Shown: positions 10,451 to 20,427 of the stretch, in pieces
How the letters are laid out: every line of letters begins with the position of its first letter
Numbering within the stretch: the first letter of the stretch is position 1
Source: an uncultured Rhodospirillaceae bacterium
GTDB taxonomy: Bacteria; Pseudomonadota; Alphaproteobacteria; UBA8366
Length of the DNA: 55,856 nucleotides
Assembly (NCBI GenBank): GCA_964585785.1
Contig: CAZPFL010000005.1
Coordinates: 1-55,856, forward strand
Reading direction: 5' to 3'
Position numbers and translations under genes: made by a program
The notes under the pieces: generated by a model
Seen by the model: the letters and a program-made list of their open reading frames with translations, nothing else
Databases searched by the model: none
Told to the model about the DNA's origin: nothing

Positions 10451-12835
10451 ATGGCGTCTGCGAGTCAAAAAACCGCGTTCCTGCCGCCCGGCGCCGGGAT
10501 GTTCTTCAAGCGCCGGGCCAGCGAGCTGATCGGCCTCGCCCTGTGCCTTACAGCCGTCGCCCTGTTGCTCGCGCTGACGACCTACCGGCCCGCGGATCCG
10601 TCCTTCAATACGGCGAGCGGCCTGCCGGTCCGCAATCTCATGGGCCGGCCCGGCGCGATCGCGAGCGATCTCCTGCTGCAGACATTGGGCCTCGCGGCCG
10701 GACTGCTAATTCCCGTCTTCGGGGCCTGGGGCGCGCGGCTGATGCGCCGGCACGTGCTGGAAAACGCCTTGCTGCGGGTCGCCCTGCTGCCGGTCGGCCT
10801 CGTGCTCGCGGCGCTCGCTTTCGCCGCCCTCGACCGCCCGTCCGCCTGGCCGCTCGACACCGGCTTCGGCGGCGTCGTGGGCCGGGCGATCCTGGCGCGG
10901 CTGATCGGCGCGATCGCGCTGACGGGCGCCCATGTCGACGGTTTCATCATCTTCGCGATCTTCGGCGCCCTCGCCGGCACGGTCATGTTCTATGTCCTCG
11001 CCTACAGCGGCGAGGAATGGCGCAACGGCGCGGAATGGGCGCAGCGTATCGGCCGCCGCATCGGCTATGCGCTTTGGATTCCGGTACGTTGGCTGCGCGA
11101 GCGCCGTGAGCGCGAGGTTCCCATCGAGGTGCCGACCGGGCGCAGCCGCGTCCGGCGCGAGCCCGTGCTCAGCCGCAGCGAAGAACCGGCAGAACCCATC
11201 GCCGTGGCCGCGCCCGAGCCGTCGCTCCGGCGCGATGACCTCGTCGAAACGCCGCCGGTGCGGCCGAAGCAGAGCAAGCGCGGGCTCGCCGCCCGGCAGC
11301 GCTCGCTCAACCTGCCGCGCACCGACGAGGGCTTCGATCTGCCGCCGCTCGAGCTCCTGACCGAGGGGCCCGAGTTGCCGGCCGATGCTCGCGCCGTCAA
11401 CGAAGAGGCGCTGTACCAGAATGCGCGACTGCTCGAAAGCGTGCTCGAGGATTTTGGCGTCCGCGGCGAGATCGTCAAGGTGCGCCCGGGTCCGGTGGTG
11501 ACGCTGTACGAGCTGGAGCCTGCGCCCGGCACCAAGACCAGCCGGGTGATCGGCCTCTCGGACGACATCGCGCGGTCGATGAGCGCGGTCTCGGTGCGCA
11601 TCGCGGTCATTCCGGGGCGCAACGTCATCGGCATCGAGCTGCCCAACATGCGGCGCGAGACGGTCTATCTCCGCGAGCTGCTGGCCTCCAGCTCCTATGA
11701 AAAGGCCGGCGGCAAGCTGCTGCTGACGCTCGGCAAGGACATCGGCGGCGGGCCGGTCATCACCGACCTCGCCCGCATGCCGCATCTGTTGATCGCGGGC
11801 ACCACCGGCTCGGGTAAGTCGGTCGGGCTCAACGCGATGATCCTCTCGCTGCTGTACCGGCTCGATCCGGAAACCTGCAAGCTGATCATGATCGACCCCA
11901 AGATGCTGGAGCTGTCGGTCTATGACGGCATCCCGCATCTCATGGCGCCCGTGGTGACGGACCCGAAAAAAGCGGTCGTCGCGCTGAAGTGGGCCGTGCG
12001 CGAGATGGAAGAGCGCTACCAGTCGATGTCGAAGCTGGGCGTCCGCAACATCGAAGGCTATAACCGCCGGGTGACGGAAGCGGCGCGTAACGGCGAGGAG
12101 CTGATGCGCAAGGTGCAGACCGGCTTCGACCCGGACACCGGCGAGCCGATCATCGAGGAGCAGCCGCTCGACCTGTCGCCCCTGCCCTACATCGTGGTCG
12201 TGGTCGACGAAATGGCAGACCTCATGCTGGTCGCCGGCAAGGACATTGAGGCGTCGATCCAGCGGCTGGCGCAAATGGCGCGCGCCGCCGGAATCCATCT
12301 CATCATGGCGACGCAGCGCCCGTCGGTCGACGTCATCACCGGCACGATCAAGGCAAACTTCCCGACGCGGATCAGTTTCCAAGTCACCTCGAAGATCGAC
12401 AGCCGCACGATCCTCGGCGAACAGGGCGCGGAACAGCTGCTCGGCCAGGGCGATATGCTCTATATGGCGGGCGGCGGGCGCATTACCCGCGTGCACGGCC
12501 CGTTCGTCGGCGATGACGAAGTTGAAAATGTCGTGAATTTCCTTCGCGATCAGGGCTCGCCTACCTATATCGATGCTGTAACCGAAGATATGGAAGGTGA
12601 GTTCGGTGGTGAATTCGACGGCAGCGGAAACGGCGGCTCGGGCGACGACCTTTATGACCGGGCGGTCGCGCTTGTTCTCCAGGAACGGAAGGCATCGACC
12701 AGCTTTGTTCAACGGCACCTGCAGATCGGATACAACCGTGCGGCGCGCATCATCGAGCGCATGGAGAAGGAAGGTGTCGTTGGGCCTGCGAATCACGTCG
12801 GCAAGCGCGAGATCCTGGCTGGCGGCGGCTTTTAG
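10451..12835 (+). CDS. ftsK: DNA translocase FtsK
   Basis: N-terminal 4[36 protein letters not shown], gamma domain [13 protein letters not shown]. Confidence 0.98.
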   Translation: MASASQKTAFLPPGAGMFFKRRASELIGLALCLTAVALLLALTTYRPADPSFNTASGLPVRNLMGRPGAIASDLLLQTLGLAAGLLIPVFGAWGARLMRRHVLENALLRVALLPVGLVLAALAFAALDRPSAWPLDTGFGGVVGRAILARLIGAIALTGAHVDGFIIFAIFGALAGTVMFYVLAYSGEEWRNGAEWAQRIGRRIGYALWIPVRWLRERREREVPIEVPTGRSRVRREPVLSRSEEPAEPIAVAAPEPSLRRDDLVETPPVRPKQSKRGLAARQRSLNLPRTDEGFDLPPLELLTEGPELPADARAVNEEALYQNARLLESVLEDFGVRGEIVKVRPGPVVTLYELEPAPGTKTSRVIGLSDDIARSMSAVSVRIAVIPGRNVIGIELPNMRRETVYLRELLASSSYEKAGGKLLLTLGKDIGGGPVITDLARMPHLLIAGTTGSGKSVGLNAMILSLLYRLDPETCKLIMIDPKMLELSVYDGIPHLMAPVVTDPKKAVVALKWAVREMEERYQSMSKLGVRNIEGYNRRVTEAARNGEELMRKVQTGFDPDTGEPIIEEQPLDLSPLPYIVVVVDEMADLMLVAGKDIEASIQRLAQMARAAGIHLIMATQRPSVDVITGTIKANFPTRISFQVTSKIDSRTILGEQGAEQLLGQGDMLYMAGGGRITRVHGPFVGDDEVENVVNFLRDQGSPTYIDAVTEDMEGEFGGEFDGSGNGGSGDDLYDRAVALVLQERKASTSFVQRHLQIGYNRAARIIERMEKEGVVGPANHVGKREILAGGGF

Positions 12836-13475
12836 CCGGCGCGGCGCGCTCGCCGCGGCGACCGCGGTCACCTTGCTGGCGTTTCCGCCGCTCGTACCGT
12901 CCGCGGGCGCCGTCACCCGGCCGCTCACCGATCCCGAAGCGGTCGGCGACATCAACCGCATCCAAGACTATCTGAACGGCATCCACACGATGGAGTCGCG
13001 CTTCATTCAGATCAATCCGGATGGCAGCGCCTGGGACGGCAATCTCTATGTCAAGCGGCCCGGGCGGTTCCGCTTCGAATACGATCCGCCGGTCCCTTAT
13101 CTTCTGGTCGCGAATGGAAGCTGGCTCTTCCATGTCGACCGCGCCCTGAAGGAGACCAACGTGATCCCGTTGGTCAAGACGCCGGCCCAGTTTCTCGTGC
13201 AAGCGAACATTTCGCTGAAAAGGGATTTCAAGATCACCAAGCTCGAGGAGCAGCCGGGAATCCTTCAAATCAGCCTTGTAACCCGCGACAACCCCGACAT
13301 GGGCGAGGTCACCCTGACCTTTTCCGACAAGCCATTGGAGCTGCGGAAATGGACCGTCCGGGACGTGCAGAACAACATTACCCAAGTAACGCTTCAGAAC
13401 ACGCGTTATGGGGTAAATCTTAACGCAGATCTGTTCAAATACGTCGAGCAGCCGGTGACGCAGAAAGCTGAATAA
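12774..13475 (+). CDS. lolA: Outer-membrane lipoprotein carrier LolA family protein
   Basis: [40 protein letters not shown]; follows ftsK; start uncertain (GTG 12774 behind GGAG). Confidence 0.88.
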   Translation: MSLGLRITSASARSWLAAAFSRRGALAAATAVTLLAFPPLVPSAGAVTRPLTDPEAVGDINRIQDYLNGIHTMESRFIQINPDGSAWDGNLYVKRPGRFRFEYDPPVPYLLVANGSWLFHVDRALKETNVIPLVKTPAQFLVQANISLKRDFKITKLEEQPGILQISLVTRDNPDMGEVTLTFSDKPLELRKWTVRDVQNNITQVTLQNTRYGVNLNADLFKYVEQPVTQKAE

Positions 13476-13547
13476 ACGAAGGGAATCCTTGCATTTCGGG
13501 CGCTTTACCGGCTTGAAGCTCCCGCCAGACCGTGCGATTGTTAAGCC

Positions 13548-14348
13548 ATGAGTAAACAACCCTGCCCGATCATCGCCATCCCCGCTTGTATCGATGTCGT
13601 CGACGGCCGGACCAGCCACAGGGTGGGCCAAAAATACGTCGATAGCGTCATCGAGCTTGCCGGCGGCCAGCCTTTGCTCGTCCCCGCAACGGGGGAAACA
13701 AGTTGCTTCAACGCGCTCGTCCGCCGGTTTGATGGCGTCTTCCTGACCGGGGCCGCGTCCAACGTTGAGCCCCACCACTACAATGGCACGCCGAGCCGCG
13801 CCGGCACGCTTCACGACCCGGGCCGCGATGCCACCGCGCTGCCGCTGATTCGCGCGGCGATCGAGGCCGGGGTTCCGCTCTTTGCCGTGTGCCGCGGGAT
13901 TCAGGAGCTCAACGTCGCGCTCGGCGGCACCCTCCATCAGAATGTGCATGAGCTGCCGGGCAAGGGCGAGCACCGCATGAACCGCGCGCTGCCGTCAGAG
14001 CTTCGCGTCCAGGTGCGCCATCCGATCGAGATTCAGCCCGGCGGCATGCTGGAGCGGCTGTTCGGTCGGACCGGCGAGGTCATGGTCAACTCGCTGCATG
14101 CGCAGGGCATCGATCGGCCGGCCGACGGCCTGATCGTCGAAGCGATCAGCGACGACGGCATCGTCGAGGCGGTCAGCATGCCGGGCGCCAAGGGCTTTGT
14201 TCTCGGCGTGCAGTGGCATCCGGAGCACCAGGTTCCGATGCAATGGCCGCTGTCGAAGGCCATGTTCGACGCCTTCGGCCAGGCCTGCCGCGACTACATG
14301 GCGAAGCGGGACGGCCAGCCCGCGTCCTCCACCATCCGCGCTGCGTGA
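13548..14348 (+). CDS. Gamma-glutamyl-gamma-aminobutyrate hydrolase family (peptidase C26, PuuD-like)
   Basis: FAVCRGIQELNVALGGTL, VNSLHAQG, GVQWHPE catalytic Cys/His/Glu. Confidence 0.92.
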   Translation: MSKQPCPIIAIPACIDVVDGRTSHRVGQKYVDSVIELAGGQPLLVPATGETSCFNALVRRFDGVFLTGAASNVEPHHYNGTPSRAGTLHDPGRDATALPLIRAAIEAGVPLFAVCRGIQELNVALGGTLHQNVHELPGKGEHRMNRALPSELRVQVRHPIEIQPGGMLERLFGRTGEVMVNSLHAQGIDRPADGLIVEAISDDGIVEAVSMPGAKGFVLGVQWHPEHQVPMQWPLSKAMFDAFGQACRDYMAKRDGQPASSTIRAA

Positions 14349-14349
14349 G

Positions 14350-15300
14350 GTGGACGCCGCGTCCGGCTCCTTTCGGTCGATTCCTGCCGCCGATGCCTTC
14401 CTTTTCCACGCCGCGGGCGCGGACGGTGCGGCGCTCGCCGTCTACCGCCTGACGTCCGGAAACAACAACGGCCCGGCGCTTCTTTGCGGCCATGCGACGG
14501 GTATGGCGGCCGGTTCCTATCTTCCTTGGCTTCGCATGTTGTCGACCCGCGCCCGGGTCTACGCCTTCGATGCGCGCGGGCATGGCGGCTCGGCGGGCGA
14601 TGCCGCCTCGGTGACAATGGATATGTTGGCGCGCGACCTGCTGGCCGTGGCGCAGGCGGTTCAGGCCGATGCGAAGACGGCGCCGCTCTTCTATGTCGCG
14701 CATTCGATTTCCGGCGTCGCCGCGTTGCACCTCGGCGCGGGGCTCGGCGAGACGCCTTGGCGCGACCTGATCCTGTTCGAGCCGCCGGTCATGGTGGGGA
14801 AGGAGCATCCGGGCCACGCGGCGGCGATGGCCGATACCCTGGGGCGGGCTGAACGGACCGCGCGGCGCCGCGCCGTCTGGCCGTCGCGCGAGGCGTTTCG
14901 CGACTTGCTGCAGAGCCGCGGCGTCTTCGCGCGCTTCCGGCCGGACATGCTGGACGCGCATGTCCGCGCCACGCTGCGTCCCGATGCCGACGGCGGCTTC
15001 TGCCTCGCCTGCGATCCGGCGGTGGAAAGCGCCTTTTTTCGCTCCGTGCCGCTGAGCGGGGTATGGGACGAGCTGCCGCGCTTTCCCCTACCCGCGCGCT
15101 TTGTCGGCGGCGATCCCGCGCTGGCGGACCCGGGTTCCGAGCAAGCCCGCTGGGTTACGACGGCAGCGCCGGCGATCGCTGCGCGGGTGCCCGGCGCGCG
15201 GTTCAGCACCGTGCAAGACGCCGATCACATGATGATCTGCGAGCGGCCGGAAGTCTGCCGCGACCTCGTCTTCGCCATGCTCGACGACGCCAGCGCATAA
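14350..15300 (+). CDS. Alpha/beta-fold hydrolase
   Basis: HATG oxyanion motif, FDARGHGGS, nucleophile elbow AHSISG, C-terminal ADHM. Confidence 0.85.
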   Translation: MDAASGSFRSIPAADAFLFHAAGADGAALAVYRLTSGNNNGPALLCGHATGMAAGSYLPWLRMLSTRARVYAFDARGHGGSAGDAASVTMDMLARDLLAVAQAVQADAKTAPLFYVAHSISGVAALHLGAGLGETPWRDLILFEPPVMVGKEHPGHAAAMADTLGRAERTARRRAVWPSREAFRDLLQSRGVFARFRPDMLDAHVRATLRPDADGGFCLACDPAVESAFFRSVPLSGVWDELPRFPLPARFVGGDPALADPGSEQARWVTTAAPAIAARVPGARFSTVQDADHMMICERPEVCRDLVFAMLDDASA

Positions 15301-15401
15301 GCGGCGCGCGGTCTTGCCTGCCGGTCGGCGGCGGGGCATGGTACGCCGTCGATTCGCCGCCAAGGCTTTCCCGCCGTCTTGCGTTTCAAAGGATTGAGGC
15401 T

Positions 15402-16085
15402 ATGACCGATTACGCGATACCGCTTTGGGACACTCCATGCCTGCCGGTCGCCGGCGGCAAGCCCTTTCCCGTGCGGCGCATCTACTGCGTCGGGCGCAAT
15501 TACGCCGAGCACGCGCGCGAGATGGGACACGATCCGGACCGCGAGCCGCCGTTTTTCTTCACGAAAGCACCGGACGCGATTTTCACCGGCACGGAACTGC
15601 CTTATCCGGTCAAAACCAAGGACGTCCATCCGGAATGCGAGATGATCGTGGCCCTCGCCAAGGGCGGCCGCGACATTCCCGTCGCCAAAGCGCTCGACTG
15701 CGTCTTCGGCTACGGCGTCGGCTTCGACGTTACGCGCCGTGACATGCAATCGGAGGCGAAGGAGTTGCGGCGGCCATGGTCGCTGTCGAAGGATTTCGAC
15801 CAAGCCGCACCCTGCAGCCAGCTTCACACGGTGAAGGAGGTCGGCCACGTTTCCAAGGGCACGCTCCGCTTCACGGTGAACGGCGAGGTTCGGCAGGAAT
15901 CGGACCTCAACAAGATGATCTGGTCGGTGCCGGAGACGATTGCCTTCCTGTCCGGGCTGATCACGCTGCAGCCGGGCGACGTCATCATGACAGGAACGCC
16001 GGCCGGCGTGTCCGCCGTGGTCAAGGGCGACTCACTCGTCGGCCATGTCGACGGGCTGACCGACCTGAAGCTCAAGATCGTCTGA
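15402..16085 (+). CDS. Fumarylacetoacetate hydrolase family protein
   Basis: RRIYCVGRNYAEHAREMG, PFFFTK, DVTRRD, PGDVIMTGTPAGV. Confidence 0.93.
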   Translation: MTDYAIPLWDTPCLPVAGGKPFPVRRIYCVGRNYAEHAREMGHDPDREPPFFFTKAPDAIFTGTELPYPVKTKDVHPECEMIVALAKGGRDIPVAKALDCVFGYGVGFDVTRRDMQSEAKELRRPWSLSKDFDQAAPCSQLHTVKEVGHVSKGTLRFTVNGEVRQESDLNKMIWSVPETIAFLSGLITLQPGDVIMTGTPAGVSAVVKGDSLVGHVDGLTDLKLKIV

Positions 16086-16107
16086 CGCCGGTCCGGTCCC
16101 GCTCAGG

Positions 16108-16902
16108 ATGCGCATCGCCACGTGGAACATAAATTCGATCCGGGCCCGTCTCCCGCTGCTGCAGAAGCTGGCCGAAAGCGAGCGGCCGGACATCATCTGC
16201 CTGCAGGAGACCAAGGTCCCGGACGAGCTCTTCCCGGCGGATGACGTCCGCCAGCTCGGCTATCCGCATATCCTGGCCGCGGGCATGAAGGGGTATAACG
16301 GCGTCGCGATCCTCTCCCGCATCCCCCTCGGCCGGAGCGGCCGGCAGGACTGGTGCGGCCGCGAGGACTGCCGCCATCTCTCGGTCGAGCTGCCCGACGG
16401 GACCGAGCTGCACAATTTCTACGTCCCGGCCGGCGGCGACATTCCCGACCCGGAAGCGAACGACAAATTCGCCCATAAGCTCGCTTTCCTGGACGAGATG
16501 ACGGCTTGGTTCCCGGCCGAGCGCCGAGCCGGCCGGCCGATGATCCTGGTCGGCGACCTCAACATCGCGCCGCTCGAAACCGACGTCTGGTCGCACAAGC
16601 AGCTCCTGACGGTGGTCAGCCATACCCCCGTCGAGGTCGAGAAGCTGGGCGCGATCCAGGAGGCCATGGCCTGGGTCGACGCCGTGCGCCATTTCATTCC
16701 GGAATCGGAACGGCTTTACAGCTGGTGGAGCTACCGGGCACGCGACTGGAGCGCATCCGACCGCGGCCGCCGGCTCGACCATATCTGGGTCACGCCGCCA
16801 CTCGAGGAGCGCTTGGCCTCGGCTTCGGTGCTGCGCGACGCCCGCGGCTGGGAGCGCGCCTCGGATCACGTCCCGGTCCTCGTCGATCTGAAGCTCGACT
16901 AG
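16108..16902 (+). CDS. xth: Exodeoxyribonuclease III
   Basis: ATWNINSIR, CLQETK, YNGVAILS, GDLNIAP, YSWWSYR, RLDHIW, SDHVPV. Confidence 0.96.
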   Translation: MRIATWNINSIRARLPLLQKLAESERPDIICLQETKVPDELFPADDVRQLGYPHILAAGMKGYNGVAILSRIPLGRSGRQDWCGREDCRHLSVELPDGTELHNFYVPAGGDIPDPEANDKFAHKLAFLDEMTAWFPAERRAGRPMILVGDLNIAPLETDVWSHKQLLTVVSHTPVEVEKLGAIQEAMAWVDAVRHFIPESERLYSWWSYRARDWSASDRGRRLDHIWVTPPLEERLASASVLRDARGWERASDHVPVLVDLKLD

Positions 16903-17116
16903 GATTGTTTTGATCGCGGAACGAATATTCCGCGGCTTCGTTCCGGCTACAAAACGGTGTCCAGCCGGCGGCGACGGCAATTCACGTGTGATTGGGAAAT
17001 AGCGATCGGCGCAACAGAACCAGATAAAATACCTAATTCAATCCGTGTCACACGGATATGGCTAGCATCTATCCATGAAGTTGTCAGTGACCGCGGTCAC
17101 CGTCGGCGGGAAATTT

Positions 17117-17584
17117 TTATGCCGCCCCCGCGGCGCCGAGCCGGGCGTGCGCTTCGCGCAGCCGCGCGGTCGTCACCTCGAGACGGCGCGCCAGCTCGCG
17201 CATCATTTCGACGGCCATCTCGGGGAATTCCGCGAGCAGGGTGAAGAAGCGGTCCTTGGTGATGCGGAGCGCCACCAGCTCGCCGGCGGCCTTGACCGTG
17301 GCCGTGCGGGGCACGTCGCAAAGGATCGCGATTTCGCCCACGATCTCGTGTTCGTTGATGGTGGCAATCTCCAGGTTGCCGGTCGGCGTCTCGATTTCGA
17401 CCGTGGCGGAGCCGCTGAGAATGAAATAGGCGGCATCCCCCGCCTGCCCTTGCTTGAACAGCACGTCGTCCGCCGCGAAGACCAGGCGGTCGCTGGTAAA
17501 GGCCAAAAGCTTGAGGCGCGCCGGATCGATCTTCGAAAACAGCGGCACCCGGCGCAGCAGATGGACTTCTTCCTGCAGGGTCAT
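17117..17584 (-). CDS. Stand-alone cyclic nucleotide-binding domain protein (no HTH)
   Basis: 155 aa; LFKQGQAGDAAYFILSG, phosphate-binding cassette GEIAILCDVPRTATV. Confidence 0.92.
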   Translation of the reverse strand: MTLQEEVHLLRRVPLFSKIDPARLKLLAFTSDRLVFAADDVLFKQGQAGDAAYFILSGSATVEIETPTGNLEIATINEHEIVGEIAILCDVPRTATVKAAGELVALRITKDRFFTLLAEFPEMAVEMMRELARRLEVTTARLREAHARLGAAGAA

Positions 17585-17598
17585 GGCCGTTCCCTCTT

Positions 17599-20256
17599 TC
17601 ATGCCACGTCCAAAAGCCGGGACAGGTTGCCGCCGGCCTCCGAAAGCGTCTCGAAGCTGCCTTGCTCCGCGACCTTGCCGTCCTTCATGACAATGATTTG
17701 GTCAAACTCGCGCCCGGCGACAAGGCGGTTGGTCACCCAGACGACGATCCGGCCTTGGCATTCTGCCAGCACGTTGTGCAGCACGCGCCGCTGGCTCTGG
17801 GCGTCGAACACCTCGACCGCCTCATTGACGACCAGAAGATCGGGCCGCTTCAACAGCGCCCGGCCGAGCGCGACCTTCTGGCGCTGCATGAAGGAGAGCC
17901 GCGCCCCGCCGATGCCGACCGGCGCGTGCAGCCCGACCTCGATGATCGTCTCGCGCAGGGCGAGATCGTCGACGACGGTCTGGAGGAGCTTGCCCACCGT
18001 CTGCTCCGCATAGGCCTGGCCGTGCACCAGCTTGCCGAACAGGATGTTGTCCTGGATCGTCGCCGCTGCGTTGTAGCTCTGCTCGTCGAAGAAGGCGATC
18101 GCGCCCTTGAGCGCGGCCGGCAGGCCCTCCGCGAAGGCATGGCGCGCCGCCAGGATGCGCTCCTGCATCGACGCATCGATCAGGCCGAGCCGGTGCCGCT
18201 CCGCGATCAGCATGAAAGGCAGCGAGAGTAGCCGCAGCCGATCCTCATGCGACAGCGCCATGCCGCGCGACGCCTGCGTCACCAGCTGACGGTAGGCCGG
18301 CAGGTCGTGCGACGCGATGAAGCTGTATTGTTGGAAGAACTCATGGTCCGCCGGCAGGTCCGCGAATATCTCGATCATCGTCTCGGCAACCTTGCGGCCA
18401 ATCTCGATGAAATCGGCCGTCAGCCCGGCCCGATCGAGGACGCTCTGGACATAGGGATGCTCGGCGAGACGGTCCATGTCGAAGCGCATGTCGAGCGGCG
18501 CGCCGAAGAGCAAGTTTTCGCCCACCGTCGCGTTCCCGTTGTAACGCGTCTTGTCGAAGGGCTCGACGAGATGAGCCACCGCCGGGTCCTTCATACGGCT
18601 TCGCATCGCGCTGCGGGCGCGCAGGATCTTGGCGGCCGTCTCCGCGTGAATGTCGGGGTCGATGCAGCCGCGCAGCCCCATGGCATAGACGTCTTCGTCG
18701 AGATCGACGATGCCGAGCACCTCGACGGTGCGCCGACGCAGCGCGTCCGGGCCATCGACCGCCGCCGCGCCGTAGTCGATCCAGTCGGCGCCATAGTCGA
18801 AAGGTGAGTTGCCGGTGCGGGTCGCCTCATCCAACGCCGCCCCATGGCGCGTGGCAGTTCCACCCTCGGAGCCGGATTCCAGCGCCGGGGGATGATTCTT
18901 GAGGCCGTAAATCAGGTTCTCGCCGACGCTGGCGTTATTCAGATGCGTGTTGGCGCCGACATAGCCGACCCGCCGGCCTGTCGCCGCCCAGGGCAGACTT
19001 GCAAGGTCGCGCCCGCCAATCACGATCTTGCCGTGGGTCGGCCCCTGCAGGCGGGCAAGCAGCATGGCGAGCTCGCTCTTGCCGCTCGCGGCGTCGCCGA
19101 TGATCGCCGCATGGCTCGCGGCGGGCAGCGTCAGCGACGCGCCGTCAAGCCGGCGCACGCCGTCCTCGTCGATCAGGGTCACATTGACCACCGTCTCGCC
19201 GTCGAGGCGCAGCGTCCCCGCTCCTTCGTCCAGCCCCGGCGTCATGACCATGAGATCCGCCGGGTTGAATTGCTCGATCACCTGTTCGTATTTGACCTTC
19301 ACGTCCTCTTTCTGCTGGTACCAGACCAGCATTTCCCGCCAGGGTCCGGCGAGGTCCTTATACGCGGCCAGCACGGCGATCAGCGCGCCCAGCGTCAAAT
19401 CCCCGTCGATCACCAGGTACCCGCCGATCGAGAAGAAGAAGAATGGCGTCAGTTTGTCGATGAAGTTATTGATGAACTTGATGAAAAACTTGCGTCGGAA
19501 AATCTCGAACCGGATCGAATAGATCCGCCCGAGCCGCTGGGTGAAGCGGGCAAGCTCAAACGCCAGGGTATCGTTGGCGCGGACTTCGACGATGCCGAGC
19601 ACGGACTCGCCGATATGGTCCGACAGGCGGCGGACATTCTGGATGCGCTGTTTAGCGAGCCGGTTCACACGGCGCTGCATTTTCGGGATCAGGTAAATCT
19701 GAAACGGGTAGAAGAGGATCGCCGCGAGGCCGAGCAGCGGGTCTTGCAGGACGATAAAGCTCAGGATGATCACCAGCTGCCCGCCGAAGAACATCGGGTC
19801 GGCGTAAGCGGTGCCGATAAATCCGCCGAGCGGCTCGACCTCGGCGGTGATGATGGGAATGATCTCGCCCTGGCCGAGCCTGCGGAAGCGCGGCAGCGGG
19901 AAACGCAGCATCCGCTCGTAAAGCTGATACCGCAGGCGGCGCAGCAACCGCTCGCCGAGCTGCCCCTTGAACACGTTGATATGGTACTTGAACGCCCCAT
20001 TCACGAGGACGAGGAGCAGGTAGGTGAAGCTCAGAATGAGCAGATACTCGATCTGCGAGCTGTCCACCTCGGTCTTGAAGCCCATCAGCCGAAGCGTGAA
20101 GGGCGGGCCATGGCCTTGAATCGCCTCGTTGACGATGATCTTCGGCAACTCCAGCGACATGAATAGAAAGGGATAGGAGGCGACCGTAACGACCACCAGA
20201 TACAGCTGCTGCGGTGAGCTGTACCGCAGAATATATCGGAAGATCGAGTTTTCCAT
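17599..20256 (-). CDS. ABC exporter (TMD plus expanded, degenerate NBD)
   Basis: N-terminal ABC membrane domain; Walker A GDAASGKS; signature LSFMQRQK; Walker B-like LLVVNEA; large insertion inside the NBD. Confidence 0.88.
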   Translation of the reverse strand: MENSIFRYILRYSSPQQLYLVVVTVASYPFLFMSLELPKIIVNEAIQGHGPPFTLRLMGFKTEVDSSQIEYLLILSFTYLLLVLVNGAFKYHINVFKGQLGERLLRRLRYQLYERMLRFPLPRFRRLGQGEIIPIITAEVEPLGGFIGTAYADPMFFGGQLVIILSFIVLQDPLLGLAAILFYPFQIYLIPKMQRRVNRLAKQRIQNVRRLSDHIGESVLGIVEVRANDTLAFELARFTQRLGRIYSIRFEIFRRKFFIKFINNFIDKLTPFFFFSIGGYLVIDGDLTLGALIAVLAAYKDLAGPWREMLVWYQQKEDVKVKYEQVIEQFNPADLMVMTPGLDEGAGTLRLDGETVVNVTLIDEDGVRRLDGASLTLPAASHAAIIGDAASGKSELAMLLARLQGPTHGKIVIGGRDLASLPWAATGRRVGYVGANTHLNNASVGENLIYGLKNHPPALESGSEGGTATRHGAALDEATRTGNSPFDYGADWIDYGAAAVDGPDALRRRTVEVLGIVDLDEDVYAMGLRGCIDPDIHAETAAKILRARSAMRSRMKDPAVAHLVEPFDKTRYNGNATVGENLLFGAPLDMRFDMDRLAEHPYVQSVLDRAGLTADFIEIGRKVAETMIEIFADLPADHEFFQQYSFIASHDLPAYRQLVTQASRGMALSHEDRLRLLSLPFMLIAERHRLGLIDASMQERILAARHAFAEGLPAALKGAIAFFDEQSYNAAATIQDNILFGKLVHGQAYAEQTVGKLLQTVVDDLALRETIIEVGLHAPVGIGGARLSFMQRQKVALGRALLKRPDLLVVNEAVEVFDAQSQRRVLHNVLAECQGRIVVWVTNRLVAGREFDQIIVMKDGKVAEQGSFETLSEAGGNLSRLLDVA

Positions 20257-20307
20257 GGATCGCAGACCGGCCGCCCTCCGGTAAGCCGCAAACATGCGGC
20301 ATGCCGC

Positions 20308-20323
20308 TTAAAATTAACTTAAC
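20308..20323. promoter_or_regulatory. CtrA-type box TTAA-N7-TTAAC in the divergent promoter
   Basis: TTAAAATTAACTTAAC between the ABC exporter (-) and the glycosyltransferase operon (+). Confidence 0.65.
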
Positions 20324-20427
20324 CCACGGTGGAACTAGGGTAAATGCGCCCTTTGGCGGCCCGAACAGCCCTTTTGTCGGAGCGGGACCCGTGCCATAGT
20401 CCGCCAGCTTCGACGGGGGTTTTCGCG

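Noticed and set aside
10706-12961. 751-aa minus-strand ORF and other long antisense ORFs (18844..20166, 28283..29947, 24514..25632)
   Set aside because: Typical stop-poor antisense frames of high-GC genes, with no recognisable motifs
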